From positions 544,001 to 608,000 of the forward strand of contig JBMNFY010000017.1 of assembly GCA_050949565.1 (NCBI GenBank): 64,000 nt of DNA, written 5' to 3'. The position numbers and the translations under genes were made by a program. Every line of letters starts with the position of its first letter. The first letter of the stretch is position 1. Shown here in pieces: positions 34,418-44,201 of the stretch. This DNA is from Kiritimatiellia bacterium (GTDB taxonomy: Bacteria > Verrucomicrobiota > Kiritimatiellia > RFP12 > UBA1067). The notes below the pieces were generated by a model that did not search any database, was not told where the DNA came from, and was given only the letters and a program-made list of their open reading frames with translations.

Positions 34418-35755
34418 GTGAGTGAAGCGTTTCCATATTTGACGGCGGCGGTCCTGAGCGACACCGGTTGCCGCCGCGAAAACAACGAAGACGCGGCGGT
34501 GAGCCTGCTGCAGTGCGGTGTCTTCGCGGTGGCCGACGGCATGGGTGGCGCGGCGGCTGGTGAGGTCGCCAGCCAATGTACCGTAGAGGCTATCCACACT
34601 GCCTTTACGCAATCGCCGGACGCACCGTTCGCGCTGACCGCCGAGTCCTCGGCATGGTTGCTGACACGCGCGGTCAACGACGCCAGCCGAGCAATCAAGG
34701 CCTATGCGGCGGACCACGGTTTCGCGGGATCAGGCACGACTGTCGTGGTGCTGGTGTTCGATCGTGCCACGCCCACGCGGGCCTGTGTGCTGCATGCTGG
34801 CGACAGCCGCGCCTATCGTTTCCGCGATGGCCTGTTGAGCCAGTTGACCGCTGACCATTCGCTGGCGGCTGCGGCCGGCGTTACCGTGGAAGAGAGCCTG
34901 CCCATGCGCTTCCGCGGGGTCATCACGCGGGCGGTCGGTCTGGCGCCGGACGTCGAACTGGAGCGGACATCACTCGCCGTGCGACCGAACGACCTGTATC
35001 TGCTCTGCACGGACGGCCTTTCGAAGATGGTGTCCGACCCGCAACTTGCAGCCTTGTTGGTCCGCGAGGGTGACCGGCCCTTAGAGGAATTGGCGCAGAC
35101 GCTGATCGACCACGCGCTACAGGCCGGCGGCGAGGATAACGTCTCGGTGCTACTGGTCCGCGTAGCGAATCATTTGCCGCCGGCCACGAACACACCCCTG
35201 CCGCGTCAAACCCGCTTGTTTGAAAAAGAGCTTCGGTCTCAATCCATGGAGGACGCTCCGTTGCATGACATCATCCGAAAATGCCTCAGCCACGATGCAC
35301 ACCCGCTGGTGCAATTCATCAAATACGGAATCGTCGGCGGTATGGCGACAGGCGTACACATCATCACCTTTTTCCTGTGTGGCTGGTTTCTGCTGCCGTG
35401 CCTGACGCAAGACGATATTGTTGTCCGGTTGCTGGGGTTGACCGCGCCCGAACTCACCCAGTCCGTACGCGCTTGGAATGCCGGCTTCTGCAACGCAATC
35501 GGCTTCGTCCTGTCGAACACCTTCTGCTATCTGCTCAACCGTCTGTTCGTCTTCAAGCCCGGCCGCCACCACTGGATCATAGAATTCCTGCTTTTCTTTG
35601 CGGTCTCCGGCATCAGCATGGTATTGGGCACCGCGATCCAGACCTTCCTGATCACGCAGTCGGGGATCCAGACGACCCTCGCCTTTGGCGCCAACATTAT
35701 CTGCGCACTGTTCATCAACTACGCGATGCGCAAGTTCGTGATCTTCAAAGGCTGA
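34418..35755 (+). CDS. PP2C Ser/Thr phosphatase fused to a GtrA-like membrane domain
   Basis: RRENNEDA, VADGMGG, HAGDSRAY, LCTDGL, GGEDNVS, then QFIKYGIVGG...LNRLFVF...NYAMRKFVIF. Confidence 0.85.
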   Translation: MSEAFPYLTAAVLSDTGCRRENNEDAAVSLLQCGVFAVADGMGGAAAGEVASQCTVEAIHTAFTQSPDAPFALTAESSAWLLTRAVNDASRAIKAYAADHGFAGSGTTVVVLVFDRATPTRACVLHAGDSRAYRFRDGLLSQLTADHSLAAAAGVTVEESLPMRFRGVITRAVGLAPDVELERTSLAVRPNDLYLLCTDGLSKMVSDPQLAALLVREGDRPLEELAQTLIDHALQAGGEDNVSVLLVRVANHLPPATNTPLPRQTRLFEKELRSQSMEDAPLHDIIRKCLSHDAHPLVQFIKYGIVGGMATGVHIITFFLCGWFLLPCLTQDDIVVRLLGLTAPELTQSVRAWNAGFCNAIGFVLSNTFCYLLNRLFVFKPGRHHWIIEFLLFFAVSGISMVLGTAIQTFLITQSGIQTTLAFGANIICALFINYAMRKFVIFKG

Positions 35756-35764
35756 TCGTCCGCA

Positions 35765-38032
35765 CTACATCAGGCTGAGCGCGTCAACATCGATCGCCAG
35801 TGTGACATCGGCTGTCGGTCGTAGATTGGCCAGCAACGCACGCAGCGGGCGTGTTATGGCGTACACGGTCGGTGCGCGTAGCAAAAGCTGATAGCGGTAG
35901 TGATCCTTAGCTTTGGCGAGCGGCGCCGGACAGGCTTCGGAAAGCTTTACGGAGGCATCGGCCAGCGCACGCCGCAACTCACGCTCGACGCTCTCGGCCA
36001 CGAACCTCACCTTGGTTTCGTCGGGACCTTTGAAGGTGACGCACACCAGGCGCGTGTAGGGCGGATAGCCGCCGGATTTGCGCTCAGCCAATTCGACCGC
36101 CGCGAACGGCGCGAAACCTTCGTCGGAAGCGGCCGCCTGCACGGCCGGATGGTCAGGCGAGAAGGTCTGCACATAGACCTCGCCCGGCAGTTCGGCGCGT
36201 CCCGCACGCCCCGAAACCTGCGCCAACAACTGATAGGTGCGTTCCGCCGCGCGGAAATCCGGCATGTGCAGACTGGTGTCGGCCACCAGCACGCCGACCA
36301 GCGTAACATTGGGGAAGTCGAGTCCCTTGGCGATCATCTGCGTACCGATCAAGATATCCGCGCGCCCGCTCTTGAAGGTCGCCAACAGTTCGTCGTGACT
36401 GTTCTTACGCGTCGTCACATCCGCATCCATGCGCAGCAACCGCGCCTGCGGGAGACAGCGCTTGAGGGCGCTCTCCACCCGCTGCGTGCCGAAGCCGGAG
36501 AACTTGAACGCCGGGTCACCGCATTCCGGGCACACATCGGGCGGCGGTCGCCAGCCACCGCAGATGTGGCAACGCAGGCAGGTGTCGGCCTGATGATAGG
36601 TATAGGCTACACTGCACGAGGGGCACTCGGCCACCGCGCCGCATTGGGGGCAGATCAGCGAGGTAGCATAGCCACGGCGGTTGAGAAAAAGGATCGACTG
36701 CTCGCCACGCTCCAGACGCAACTTGAGCGCCTCCAGCAGGACATCGGAGAAGATCTGGACATGGCCGGTCTTGGCGGTCTCGACGCGCATATCAACGATA
36801 TGCACGCACGGCATAGGACGCCCCGCCACGCGCTGCGTCAGATGCGCCGCAACATACTTGCCCTTTTCGACATTGAGCCAGCTCTCCATCGCGGGCGTGG
36901 CACTGCCGAGCACCACAGCGCAACGCTCCATCCATCCGCGCATCACCGCCACGTCACGCGCATTGTAGCGCGGTGCCTCATCCTGCTTGTACGAGGGTTC
37001 GTGCTCCTCGTCCACCACGATCAGTCCCAGATTCTGAACTGGCGCAAAAACGGCTGAGCGCGGCCCCACCACCACCGCCGCCTCACCGTTGCGGATGCGA
37101 TGCCACTCGTCATAACGTTCGCCGTCGCTCAAAGCGCTATGCAGTACCGCAATGCGCGCGCCAAACCGCGAGGCGAAACGCTGCACAGTCTGCGGCGTGA
37201 GGGCGATTTCAGGCACCAGCACAATCGCGCCCAATCCGCGCTGCAACACGTGAGCAATCGCCTGCAGATAGACCTCAGTCTTGCCAGAACCAGTCACACC
37301 GAAGAGCAGCACCGGCTTGGGTGGCAAGTCGGGAGCGCGGGCGTCCCCGCCCGCGTCAACCGCCGCAATGATCAGTTTGAGGGCGGCGGCTTGCTCGGGC
37401 ATAAGCGGCAGGGGACGCGTAGGCAGTATGGTGCGGTTGGCGAGCGGGTCACGCCGCATCTGGCGCGCCTCGATCACGGCGGCTCCCTTTTCGGCCAGCG
37501 TCTTGAGCGTCTGTGCCGTGCAGGCAAACTCGCGTGTCAGGCCATACAGCCAACCGCCGCCCACGCGGCGCAGGTTGGCGAGCAGCTCCGCTTGGCGCGG
37601 CGTGAGGTCGAAGTCTCCCTCACACGGTGTGACATAGAGGCGTTCTTTGGGCTTGACTGTACGGCTGCGTACGGCGGCGGGAAGCATGCAGCGCAGCGCC
37701 AATTCGAAGGTCGTGCAGGTGTAATCGGCCATCCAGCGCGCCAACTCCAGCAACACCGGCGAAAGAAACGGCGTCTCATCCTCAATCGCAAGGATCGTGC
37801 GCAGCCGCCGGGCGGCGGGAAGGCTAGGCAGATCGGACTGATTGAAGAGATCAGGAACAGCGGGAGCCGCAGGTGTCTCTGCTGCAAGTTCCACCACATA
37901 GGCTGAGAGCGTGCGGCCACCAAAAGGCACACGCACGCGCTGCCCTACGGCCAGACGCGGTGCCAACTCGTCCGGCACCCGGTAGTCGAAGAGTTGTCCG
38001 ACGGAGACTTCTGTGGCCACGCGCGCGATCAT
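35765..38032 (-). CDS. priA: Primosomal protein N'
   Basis: GVTGSGKTEVY, LVPEIALTPQ, DEEHE, zinc-binding Cys pairs, GTQMIAKGLDFP, QVSGRAGR. Confidence 0.97.
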   Translation of the reverse strand: MIARVATEVSVGQLFDYRVPDELAPRLAVGQRVRVPFGGRTLSAYVVELAAETPAAPAVPDLFNQSDLPSLPAARRLRTILAIEDETPFLSPVLLELARWMADYTCTTFELALRCMLPAAVRSRTVKPKERLYVTPCEGDFDLTPRQAELLANLRRVGGGWLYGLTREFACTAQTLKTLAEKGAAVIEARQMRRDPLANRTILPTRPLPLMPEQAAALKLIIAAVDAGGDARAPDLPPKPVLLFGVTGSGKTEVYLQAIAHVLQRGLGAIVLVPEIALTPQTVQRFASRFGARIAVLHSALSDGERYDEWHRIRNGEAAVVVGPRSAVFAPVQNLGLIVVDEEHEPSYKQDEAPRYNARDVAVMRGWMERCAVVLGSATPAMESWLNVEKGKYVAAHLTQRVAGRPMPCVHIVDMRVETAKTGHVQIFSDVLLEALKLRLERGEQSILFLNRRGYATSLICPQCGAVAECPSCSVAYTYHQADTCLRCHICGGWRPPPDVCPECGDPAFKFSGFGTQRVESALKRCLPQARLLRMDADVTTRKNSHDELLATFKSGRADILIGTQMIAKGLDFPNVTLVGVLVADTSLHMPDFRAAERTYQLLAQVSGRAGRAELPGEVYVQTFSPDHPAVQAAASDEGFAPFAAVELAERKSGGYPPYTRLVCVTFKGPDETKVRFVAESVERELRRALADASVKLSEACPAPLAKAKDHYRYQLLLRAPTVYAITRPLRALLANLRPTADVTLAIDVDALSLM

Positions 38033-38048
38033 AAACAGGGTTTTCCCC

Positions 38049-38077
38049 AAAAAAAAGGGAGCGGCGAACCGCTCCCT
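38049..38077 (-). terminator. Rho-independent terminator of the prepilin gene
   Basis: Minus strand AGGGAGCGG-TTCG-CCGCTCCCT followed by a T tract. Confidence 0.85.
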
Positions 38078-38105
38078 CTTCTCAAAAGTCCTACCAACGT
38101 CAGCC

Positions 38106-38882
38106 TTATTTTCCTGCCGAAACGCTGGACTTGGGAGTCAGATACTTCATCTGCGCAGACTGCGACTGCAGGGTTGTGTCAAACTGCTGGTTGTTATAGA
38201 CAACGCGCAGGTCACGATAACGCGAACGGCCCTTGAAGATCGCGCCGCCCTTGCGCACCATCACGAAGCCCTTGTCCGAAAACGGCTTGGGATCAGACGT
38301 GGAGAAGCTGATCTTGGTGGTCGCCTTCGAATCGTCGTATTTCGCGACCAGCGTGCTGGCGTCCACGTTACGCGTCACCAGAATCGGGATGATATCCGCC
38401 CACTCGTCACGCATGTTGCAGATGATCGTCCACATGTTGTACTGCTCTTCCAGCTTGTTTTTGCCGCAGGAAGGAATGCCCGCACCAGCCAGCTTGGAGT
38501 AGTCGAAACCCTCAGCAACCGGGCTCCACTCTTGCGTGCCCAGATTATCTTCGTCATAAATATAGGCAAAGTACTTGGTACTGTCGGACGATGCTGCCTT
38601 ACGCTTCGTGTCATCTTCGGAGAGGTCACCAGAGGCATCCGACATCTCATCCGGCCAGACACTGCCCAAACCCAGCGGCTCGCGCTCCATGTTTGCGGAA
38701 GTGATCGCCACAAAGATGTCTTTGCCGCGGGTGCCGACGGCCGCCATGTTGGCGGACATCACCGCATTGCCGATCGCGGGGAAAAGCGCTGCGGAAAGAA
38801 TGCCGAGAATCCCGATTACAACGAGCAACTCGACGAGGGTGAAACCTTGGTTTTTATGCATAGTCATTTCCGTCTCCTTCAC
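38106..38882 (-). CDS. Prepilin-type N-terminal cleavage/methylation (type II secretion pseudopilin-like) protein
   Basis: QGFTLVELLVVIGILGIL; the true start may be ATG 38867 or 38861. Confidence 0.9.
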   Translation of the reverse strand: MKETEMTMHKNQGFTLVELLVVIGILGILSAALFPAIGNAVMSANMAAVGTRGKDIFVAITSANMEREPLGLGSVWPDEMSDASGDLSEDDTKRKAASSDSTKYFAYIYDEDNLGTQEWSPVAEGFDYSKLAGAGIPSCGKNKLEEQYNMWTIICNMRDEWADIIPILVTRNVDASTLVAKYDDSKATTKISFSTSDPKPFSDKGFVMVRKGGAIFKGRSRYRDLRVVYNNQQFDTTLQSQSAQMKYLTPKSSVSAGK

Positions 38883-38926
38883 GCAGCCGATTCACGGACT
38901 GCCTTAAATCGATTACAGATACACGT

Positions 38927-38955
38927 ATTATGCCACTCACCCGCAAGGAGGTCAA
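38927..38955 (-). promoter_or_regulatory. Sigma70 promoter of the prepilin gene
   Basis: TTGACC-N17-CATAAT on the minus strand. Confidence 0.65.
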
Positions 38956-39806
38956 GTGCAGGAGCATTTTTTTTTGACTAATTTTTTGACTGCCGCTGCA
39001 ATCAGGTAGGCGACAATCGCGAATTCGACGATTGTCGCGCCAGGCGGCCAGCCGGGGCCATAGCTGGATGCCAATCCCATCAGGCTGACACCCGCCCCGA
39101 TACCGACAGCCACCACCATCATCCGGTCGAGGCGCCGCGTGAGCAGACCGGCCGTCGCCGCCGGCAAGGTCAGTAGCGCGACGGCCAGCAAAATCCCTGC
39201 CACGCGCACCAGTAGCACCACGGTCAAGGCGGTCATCACGTAGTAGATCACCTCGTAGGGCATCGTAGCAACGCCACGCAAACGAGCCAGATCGGCGTTG
39301 AAGGCAATCGCCAAAAAGCGGTTGTAACAGACGGCCATGACCGCGATCAGCAGAAGATCGGCAACCAGCATCCAAAGCAAATCCGCATCAGAAACCAACA
39401 GGATCGACCCGAACAGATAACTCATCAGATCATCCTGATAGCCCGGTGTCGCGGCCACGCAGGAGACGCCCAGTGCCATGCCGCCGGTCCAGACCGCACT
39501 CAGGACGGTGTCAGAACGGTGTCGGCCACGCCGCGTCAGCCAGACAAGCAACAGGGCGGCCGCGACGGCCGCCAACGTCGCGCCGGCCATGGGCGGCAGC
39601 CAACCGATCCCGAACCGCCGCTCCAGCAGGCGCGCTGCTCCCAATCCGGCCAACACGCTATGGGAAACCGCTCCGGCCAGATAGGTTGAGCGTCGCACGA
39701 CTACCAAGCTACCCGTCACGCCCGCCGCGACCGCCGCGAGCAGGGCCGCCACAACGGCGTTGCGGAGGAAGGGATACTCCCAAAGGTCTTGGAAAAAGTG
39801 AAGCAT
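38952..39806 (-). CDS. Metal (Zn/Mn) ABC transporter permease, ZnuB-like
   Basis: AVSHSVLAG, YLFGSILLV, GILLAVALLTLPAATA, PPGATIV. Confidence 0.9.
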   Translation of the reverse strand: MLHFFQDLWEYPFLRNAVVAALLAAVAAGVTGSLVVVRRSTYLAGAVSHSVLAGLGAARLLERRFGIGWLPPMAGATLAAVAAALLLVWLTRRGRHRSDTVLSAVWTGGMALGVSCVAATPGYQDDLMSYLFGSILLVSDADLLWMLVADLLLIAVMAVCYNRFLAIAFNADLARLRGVATMPYEVIYYVMTALTVVLLVRVAGILLAVALLTLPAATAGLLTRRLDRMMVVAVGIGAGVSLMGLASSYGPGWPPGATIVEFAIVAYLIAAAVKKLVKKKCSCT

Positions 39807-39821
39807 CGAGAGATTCGATTG

Positions 39822-40175
39822 GGTCTAACGCGGGCGGAGCCCGCAACCCAAGTTCATTAGTTAATTAGTTTGTCCGGGAGCGCACTGCCCCAAAAAACCT
39901 TCGTGCCTCTGTGAGAGAAAAACAGAACCATGAAACACATGAAACTTCATGAAAATTGAAGCCTTTCCTTTGCGTTCTCTGCGTTCTTTGCGGCCATTTA
40001 TGTAGCCATGCCTATTCGATTCGCGACAATTCGCATCATTCGCGGTTAAAAATCCGTCGCCATGCCACCCAAAAACATCTGCGTAATCTGTCATCTGTGG
40101 ATGTAAAAAACCGAGCCATGCCCCAAAAACCTCTGCGTCTCTGCGCCTCTGCGTTAAACAAACAATTTGTTTTTG
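39822..40175 (-). repeat. Modular array of triple-repeat units, inverted homolog of 60733..61122; contains a lone CATGAA IR at 39926..39954
   Basis: The reverse complement reads CGCAGAG x3, CAGAT x3, GCGAAT x3, CGCA(A/G)AG x3, IR, CACAGAG, CTAATT modules, with GGCATGGC(TCGG) linkers. Confidence 0.85.
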
Positions 40176-40200
40176 CGCTTGCCGAGCCGTAAGGCACTCA

Positions 40201-41490
40201 TCAATCGGCTTGCTTTGCCTGCGGCTCCAGCCGCTTCAGACCGCGCAGGTAGGGATGCAGCGCCTCGGGCAGCAGTACCGATCCGTCGGCCTGCTGACAC
40301 TGTTCGAGGATCGCGATGATCAGCCGCGGCAAGGCCACGCCCGAACCGTTGAGGGTATGTACCAAACGCGTCTTACCGCTAGCGTCGCGGTAGCGGCAGT
40401 TCAGACGGCGCGCCTGAAAATCCTCGAAGTTGGAGCAAGAAGAGACTTCCAGCCACCCCTGCTGACCCGGTGCCCACAGTTCAATGTCATAGCACTTGGC
40501 AGCCGAGAAGCTGATGTCACCCGAGCAGAGTTCCAACACACGGTAGTGCAGACCCAGGCTGGTGAGCACTTCTTCAGCATTCGCCACCAGCGTCTCCAAC
40601 TCGTCGTAGGAGGTCTCCGGCTCTACGAACTTGACCATCTCGACCTTGTCGAACTGATGCACGCGCAGGATGCCGCGCGTCTCTTTGCCGGCCGAACCGG
40701 CCTCACGCCGGAAACAGGGGGTGTAGGCGGTGAGATAGATCGGCAACGGACGATCGAGAATCTCGTCGCGGAAGTAATTTGTGACCGGCACCTCGGCGGT
40801 CGGAATCAGCCAAAGGTCATCGACCTCGCAGTGGTACATGTCATCAGCCATTTTCGGAATCTGGCCGGTGCCGCGCATCGAGGCGCTGTTGACGATGAAG
40901 GGCGGCAGCATTTCGGTGTAGCCGTGGCGTTCAGTGTGCATGTCCAGCATGTACTGAATCAGCGCGCGCTGAAGTCTGGAACCCGCGCCCAGCATCAACG
41001 GGAAGCCCGACCCGGTGATCTTAGCACCGCGCGGCAGATCGAAGAGTCCGAGCCGCTCGCCAAGCACGATGTGGTCCAACGGCTTGAAGTCGAATGTCGG
41101 CGGCTCGCCCACGATCCGGACGACGCGGTTGGCTGAGGCGTCCGGACCGGTCGGGATGGTCGCGCACGGCACGTTGGGGATCAACAGCATGGCCGCTTCG
41201 AGGTCGGACTCGATCTCACGGAGCTGCGTGTCGAGCGCCGTGATCTGATCGCCGATCGCGCGCACATCGGCCTGCACCGCTGCGGTGTCTTGACCGGCTT
41301 TCTTCAGAGTACCGATCTCTTTAGACCGGCTGTTGCGCAACGTCTTCAACTCGTCGGCCTTCGTGACCAAGACGCGCCGTTGCGCGTCCAGATCACGCGC
41401 ACGCTCGGCCCATTCGAGCGACGCTCCACGCCGCTGCAAGCCCTCGGTCACTTCGTCGAAATTCTCGCGGATCCGCTTGATGTCTAACAT
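40201..41490 (-). CDS. serS: Serine--tRNA ligase
   Basis: MLDIKRIR, LIPTAEVP, CFRREAGS, RVHQFDKVE, EVSSCSN, HTLNGSG. Confidence 0.98.
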   Translation of the reverse strand: MLDIKRIRENFDEVTEGLQRRGASLEWAERARDLDAQRRVLVTKADELKTLRNSRSKEIGTLKKAGQDTAAVQADVRAIGDQITALDTQLREIESDLEAAMLLIPNVPCATIPTGPDASANRVVRIVGEPPTFDFKPLDHIVLGERLGLFDLPRGAKITGSGFPLMLGAGSRLQRALIQYMLDMHTERHGYTEMLPPFIVNSASMRGTGQIPKMADDMYHCEVDDLWLIPTAEVPVTNYFRDEILDRPLPIYLTAYTPCFRREAGSAGKETRGILRVHQFDKVEMVKFVEPETSYDELETLVANAEEVLTSLGLHYRVLELCSGDISFSAAKCYDIELWAPGQQGWLEVSSCSNFEDFQARRLNCRYRDASGKTRLVHTLNGSGVALPRLIIAILEQCQQADGSVLLPEALHPYLRGLKRLEPQAKQAD

Positions 41491-41556
41491 GGCATACCCT
41501 CAAAGGTTAATGAAACGTAGAGAGGATAACCCTTTTAGACGGCGATGCGCAAGCCT

Positions 41557-41967
41557 CTACGTTTTAATAAACGCTTGTGGCAGCAACGCACCCACGGTAG
41601 TCGCAACGCTCCGTCCGCCGGTGAGACGCGCATAAAAGACCGGCATGTCCGGTGCGCAGAACTCCGCCAGCACCTGACGGCAGGCTCCGCACGGCGCGGC
41701 AGGTGTCTGGTCGCCCCCCACCACCGCCAATGCCGCAAATTCGCGCACGCCGTCGCTGACTGCCTTGACGAGAGCCGTGCGCTCCGCGCAAAGGGTCAGG
41801 CCGAACGAGACGTTCTCGACATTGCAGCCGGTGATGATCTGTCCTTCGCGCGTCAACAACGCCGCCCCCACCGGATAGTTCGAGTAAGGGCAATAAGCAT
41901 GCGCCGCCGCCTCACGCGCCGCCGCGATTAAATTCCGCCGTATACGAGCGTCCACAGTCACAGTCAT
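41557..41967 (-). CDS. cdd: Cytidine deaminase
   Basis: AYCPYS..VGAAL, GCNVEN, CAERTA, PCGACRQ. Confidence 0.96.
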   Translation of the reverse strand: MTVTVDARIRRNLIAAAREAAAHAYCPYSNYPVGAALLTREGQIITGCNVENVSFGLTLCAERTALVKAVSDGVREFAALAVVGGDQTPAAPCGACRQVLAEFCAPDMPVFYARLTGGRSVATTVGALLPQAFIKT

Positions 41968-43283
41968 TCTCCGTTATGCGGGACCGCCTCTTCAATCACC
42001 AATTTCCGCCCGGCCGGTGCCGTCGCATCGAGCTGCACCGCAGCAGCGGCCTCCTGCAACAGTGCCTCAGCGCGTGCGGCGTCGCACGCCAGCAACCGCA
42101 TCAAAGGCTGGCCGCGCGCGACCGTCTCACCGGCCTGCACCAACCGATCGACACCGGCCGCCGGATCAATCACATCATCGGTGGTGGTACGCCCGCCGCC
42201 CAATTGCAGCACCACGCGCCCGATCTGCTGCGCGTCAACATCGGTGACGATCCCGTCTCGCGGCGCGGGCACCTCCACCACCGCGCCGGGCTGCGGCAGG
42301 TGCAGCGGGTCGTCAATCACGCGCGCATCGCCGCCGTGTGCCTCGACCATGCGGCGGAACACATCCAACGCACGGCCGTCGTCCAGTCGCGCGGCCAGTT
42401 CGCGCCGCGCCGTCGTGCGGTCGGCCATCACGCCGCCGCGCTCGCACATCAACGCGGTCAATTCGATCATCAGCATACGGGTGTCCGCCGGGCCGCCGCC
42501 TTTGAGCGTTTCAATCGCCTCAGCCACCTCGACGGCATTACCGACCGCGCGGCCCAGTGGCTGCGTCATATCGGTGATCAGCGCACCCATGCGACGCCCC
42601 AACGCCCCACCAACCTGCAATAGACTGTGCGCCAACTCACGTGCCTCGTCGAGCGTCTGCATAAAGGCAGCGCGTCCGCATTTGACATCGAAGACCAGCG
42701 TATCGGCACCCGCTGCGAGCTTTTTGGACATGATGCTGGCGGTAATCAGCGGGATGCTGGGAACGGTACCGGTCACATCGCGCAGCGCGTAGAGTTTTTT
42801 ATCGGCCGGGGCCAAACTCGCGGTCTGGCCAGTGATCGAACAGCCGACTTCGGCAACCACGCGCTGGAACTCGGGAATCGAGAGCTGCGTGGAGTAACCG
42901 GGTATCGACTCTAACTTGTCGAGCGTACCGCCGGTAATACCGAGCCCGCGTCCTGAAATCTTCGGCACCGCCAAGCCCGCCGATGCGGCGAGCGGACCGA
43001 TCACCATCGACAACTTGTCGCCGATGCCACCGGTCGAATGCTTGTCCGCCGTAGGACGCGGCCACCCCTCAAACGACAGGCAATCGCCAGAGCGCATCAT
43101 GGCGTCGGTCAACGCCGCCGTTTCCTCCGGTGTCATGCCTTGGAAAAAGATCGCCATGGCCAACGCGGCCATCTGGTAGTCCGGGATCACGCCAGTCGTG
43201 TAACCTTCGATGAACGCGCGGATGTCATCCGCTTCGAGGACGCCGCCGTCGCGCTTTTTCTCTATCACCCATTGCGGAATCAT
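41964..43283 (-). CDS. pdp: Pyrimidine-nucleoside (thymidine) phosphorylase
   Basis: IEKKRDG, PDYQ, DKHSTGGIGDK, SGRGLGITGGTLDKLES, SIMSKK. Confidence 0.95.
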   Translation of the reverse strand: MIPQWVIEKKRDGGVLEADDIRAFIEGYTTGVIPDYQMAALAMAIFFQGMTPEETAALTDAMMRSGDCLSFEGWPRPTADKHSTGGIGDKLSMVIGPLAASAGLAVPKISGRGLGITGGTLDKLESIPGYSTQLSIPEFQRVVAEVGCSITGQTASLAPADKKLYALRDVTGTVPSIPLITASIMSKKLAAGADTLVFDVKCGRAAFMQTLDEARELAHSLLQVGGALGRRMGALITDMTQPLGRAVGNAVEVAEAIETLKGGGPADTRMLMIELTALMCERGGVMADRTTARRELAARLDDGRALDVFRRMVEAHGGDARVIDDPLHLPQPGAVVEVPAPRDGIVTDVDAQQIGRVVLQLGGGRTTTDDVIDPAAGVDRLVQAGETVARGQPLMRLLACDAARAEALLQEAAAAVQLDATAPAGRKLVIEEAVPHNGE

Positions 43284-43346
43284 TACAGCCAACCTCCAAT
43301 CTGGTTGCGGGCATTGTACCACATTGCACCCGAACGTTGAAAGTTA

Positions 43347-43403
43347 AACATTACAGGAACATTACAAAAACCGCTTGCATCTGGCGGCACATAAGGGTAC
43401 AAA
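43347..43403 (+). promoter_or_regulatory. AACATTACA direct repeat (11-bp period) upstream of TTGCAT-N17-TACAAA; candidate OmpR-family box
   Basis: Repeats at 43347..43355 and 43358..43366 ahead of the membrane protein-RR-HK operon. Confidence 0.5.
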
Positions 43404-43442
43404 CTACACCGTTCTGTACCAAAGGAGGAATCGTAGCAGACA

Positions 43443-44186
43443 ATGGACATTCTTAAAAGCAAGTACTCGTGGTCGGTTGCTCCCCTGATCTGGTTGGTTG
43501 GCATGGCCGTGCTGTTCCTCATCTGGGCCATCGCGACGCCGGAATGGATCCAGACGCACTTCGACGATGACGGCAACTCGACAATCGAAGTCGTCACGGT
43601 CGGGCTTCTTTTCTTCCAGATCGGTTTCTTTTGGCTGGTGCCGCCGATGCGTGCCTCGCGGTCGCGCCCGTTCTGGCTCACCAACTTTTCTCTGATCTCT
43701 TTCTTTGCGATCTGCCGCCAACTCGATTGGCACAGGTTGCTGATCGCCCCCTCCAACCTGCCGGGCGCCACGCGCGGCACCCCGTTTAAAATGAGATTCC
43801 TCACCAATCCCGTTAACCCGCTGTCCGACCGCCTGATCGTCGCCGCCTGTTTCGTGGTTGTGATTCTGGTTTGCGGCGGCACGCTGCTCTATTTCCTGCG
43901 CCGACTGTGGACCGGCCTGTTCAAGCTACACCCGGTTTCTTGGTCGATCGGTTTTATGGGCGGCACCCTCATCTTAATTCAGATCGCAGACCGTCTGCCG
44001 GCCGTTTTTCGCAAGAATTTCGGCATCCGCCTCTCCGACTCCATGTACGCGCTTATGACCGCCCTTGAAGAAGGGCAAGAATTGTTGCTGCCACTGTTTG
44101 TCATCGTCGCCGTGTTACAAGCCCACTTCATCTACAACAATGACCGTCCGGACGACGATCCGCTCGCCCGTTTCAGAGAACTATAG
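43443..44186 (+). CDS. Multi-pass membrane protein
   Basis: RBS AAGGAGG; about 6 hydrophobic segments; conserved-looking RQLDWH and LEEGQE. Confidence 0.8.
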   Translation: MDILKSKYSWSVAPLIWLVGMAVLFLIWAIATPEWIQTHFDDDGNSTIEVVTVGLLFFQIGFFWLVPPMRASRSRPFWLTNFSLISFFAICRQLDWHRLLIAPSNLPGATRGTPFKMRFLTNPVNPLSDRLIVAACFVVVILVCGGTLLYFLRRLWTGLFKLHPVSWSIGFMGGTLILIQIADRLPAVFRKNFGIRLSDSMYALMTALEEGQELLLPLFVIVAVLQAHFIYNNDRPDDDPLARFREL

Positions 44187-44201
44187 CTTGAGGAGGCCGC
44201 C

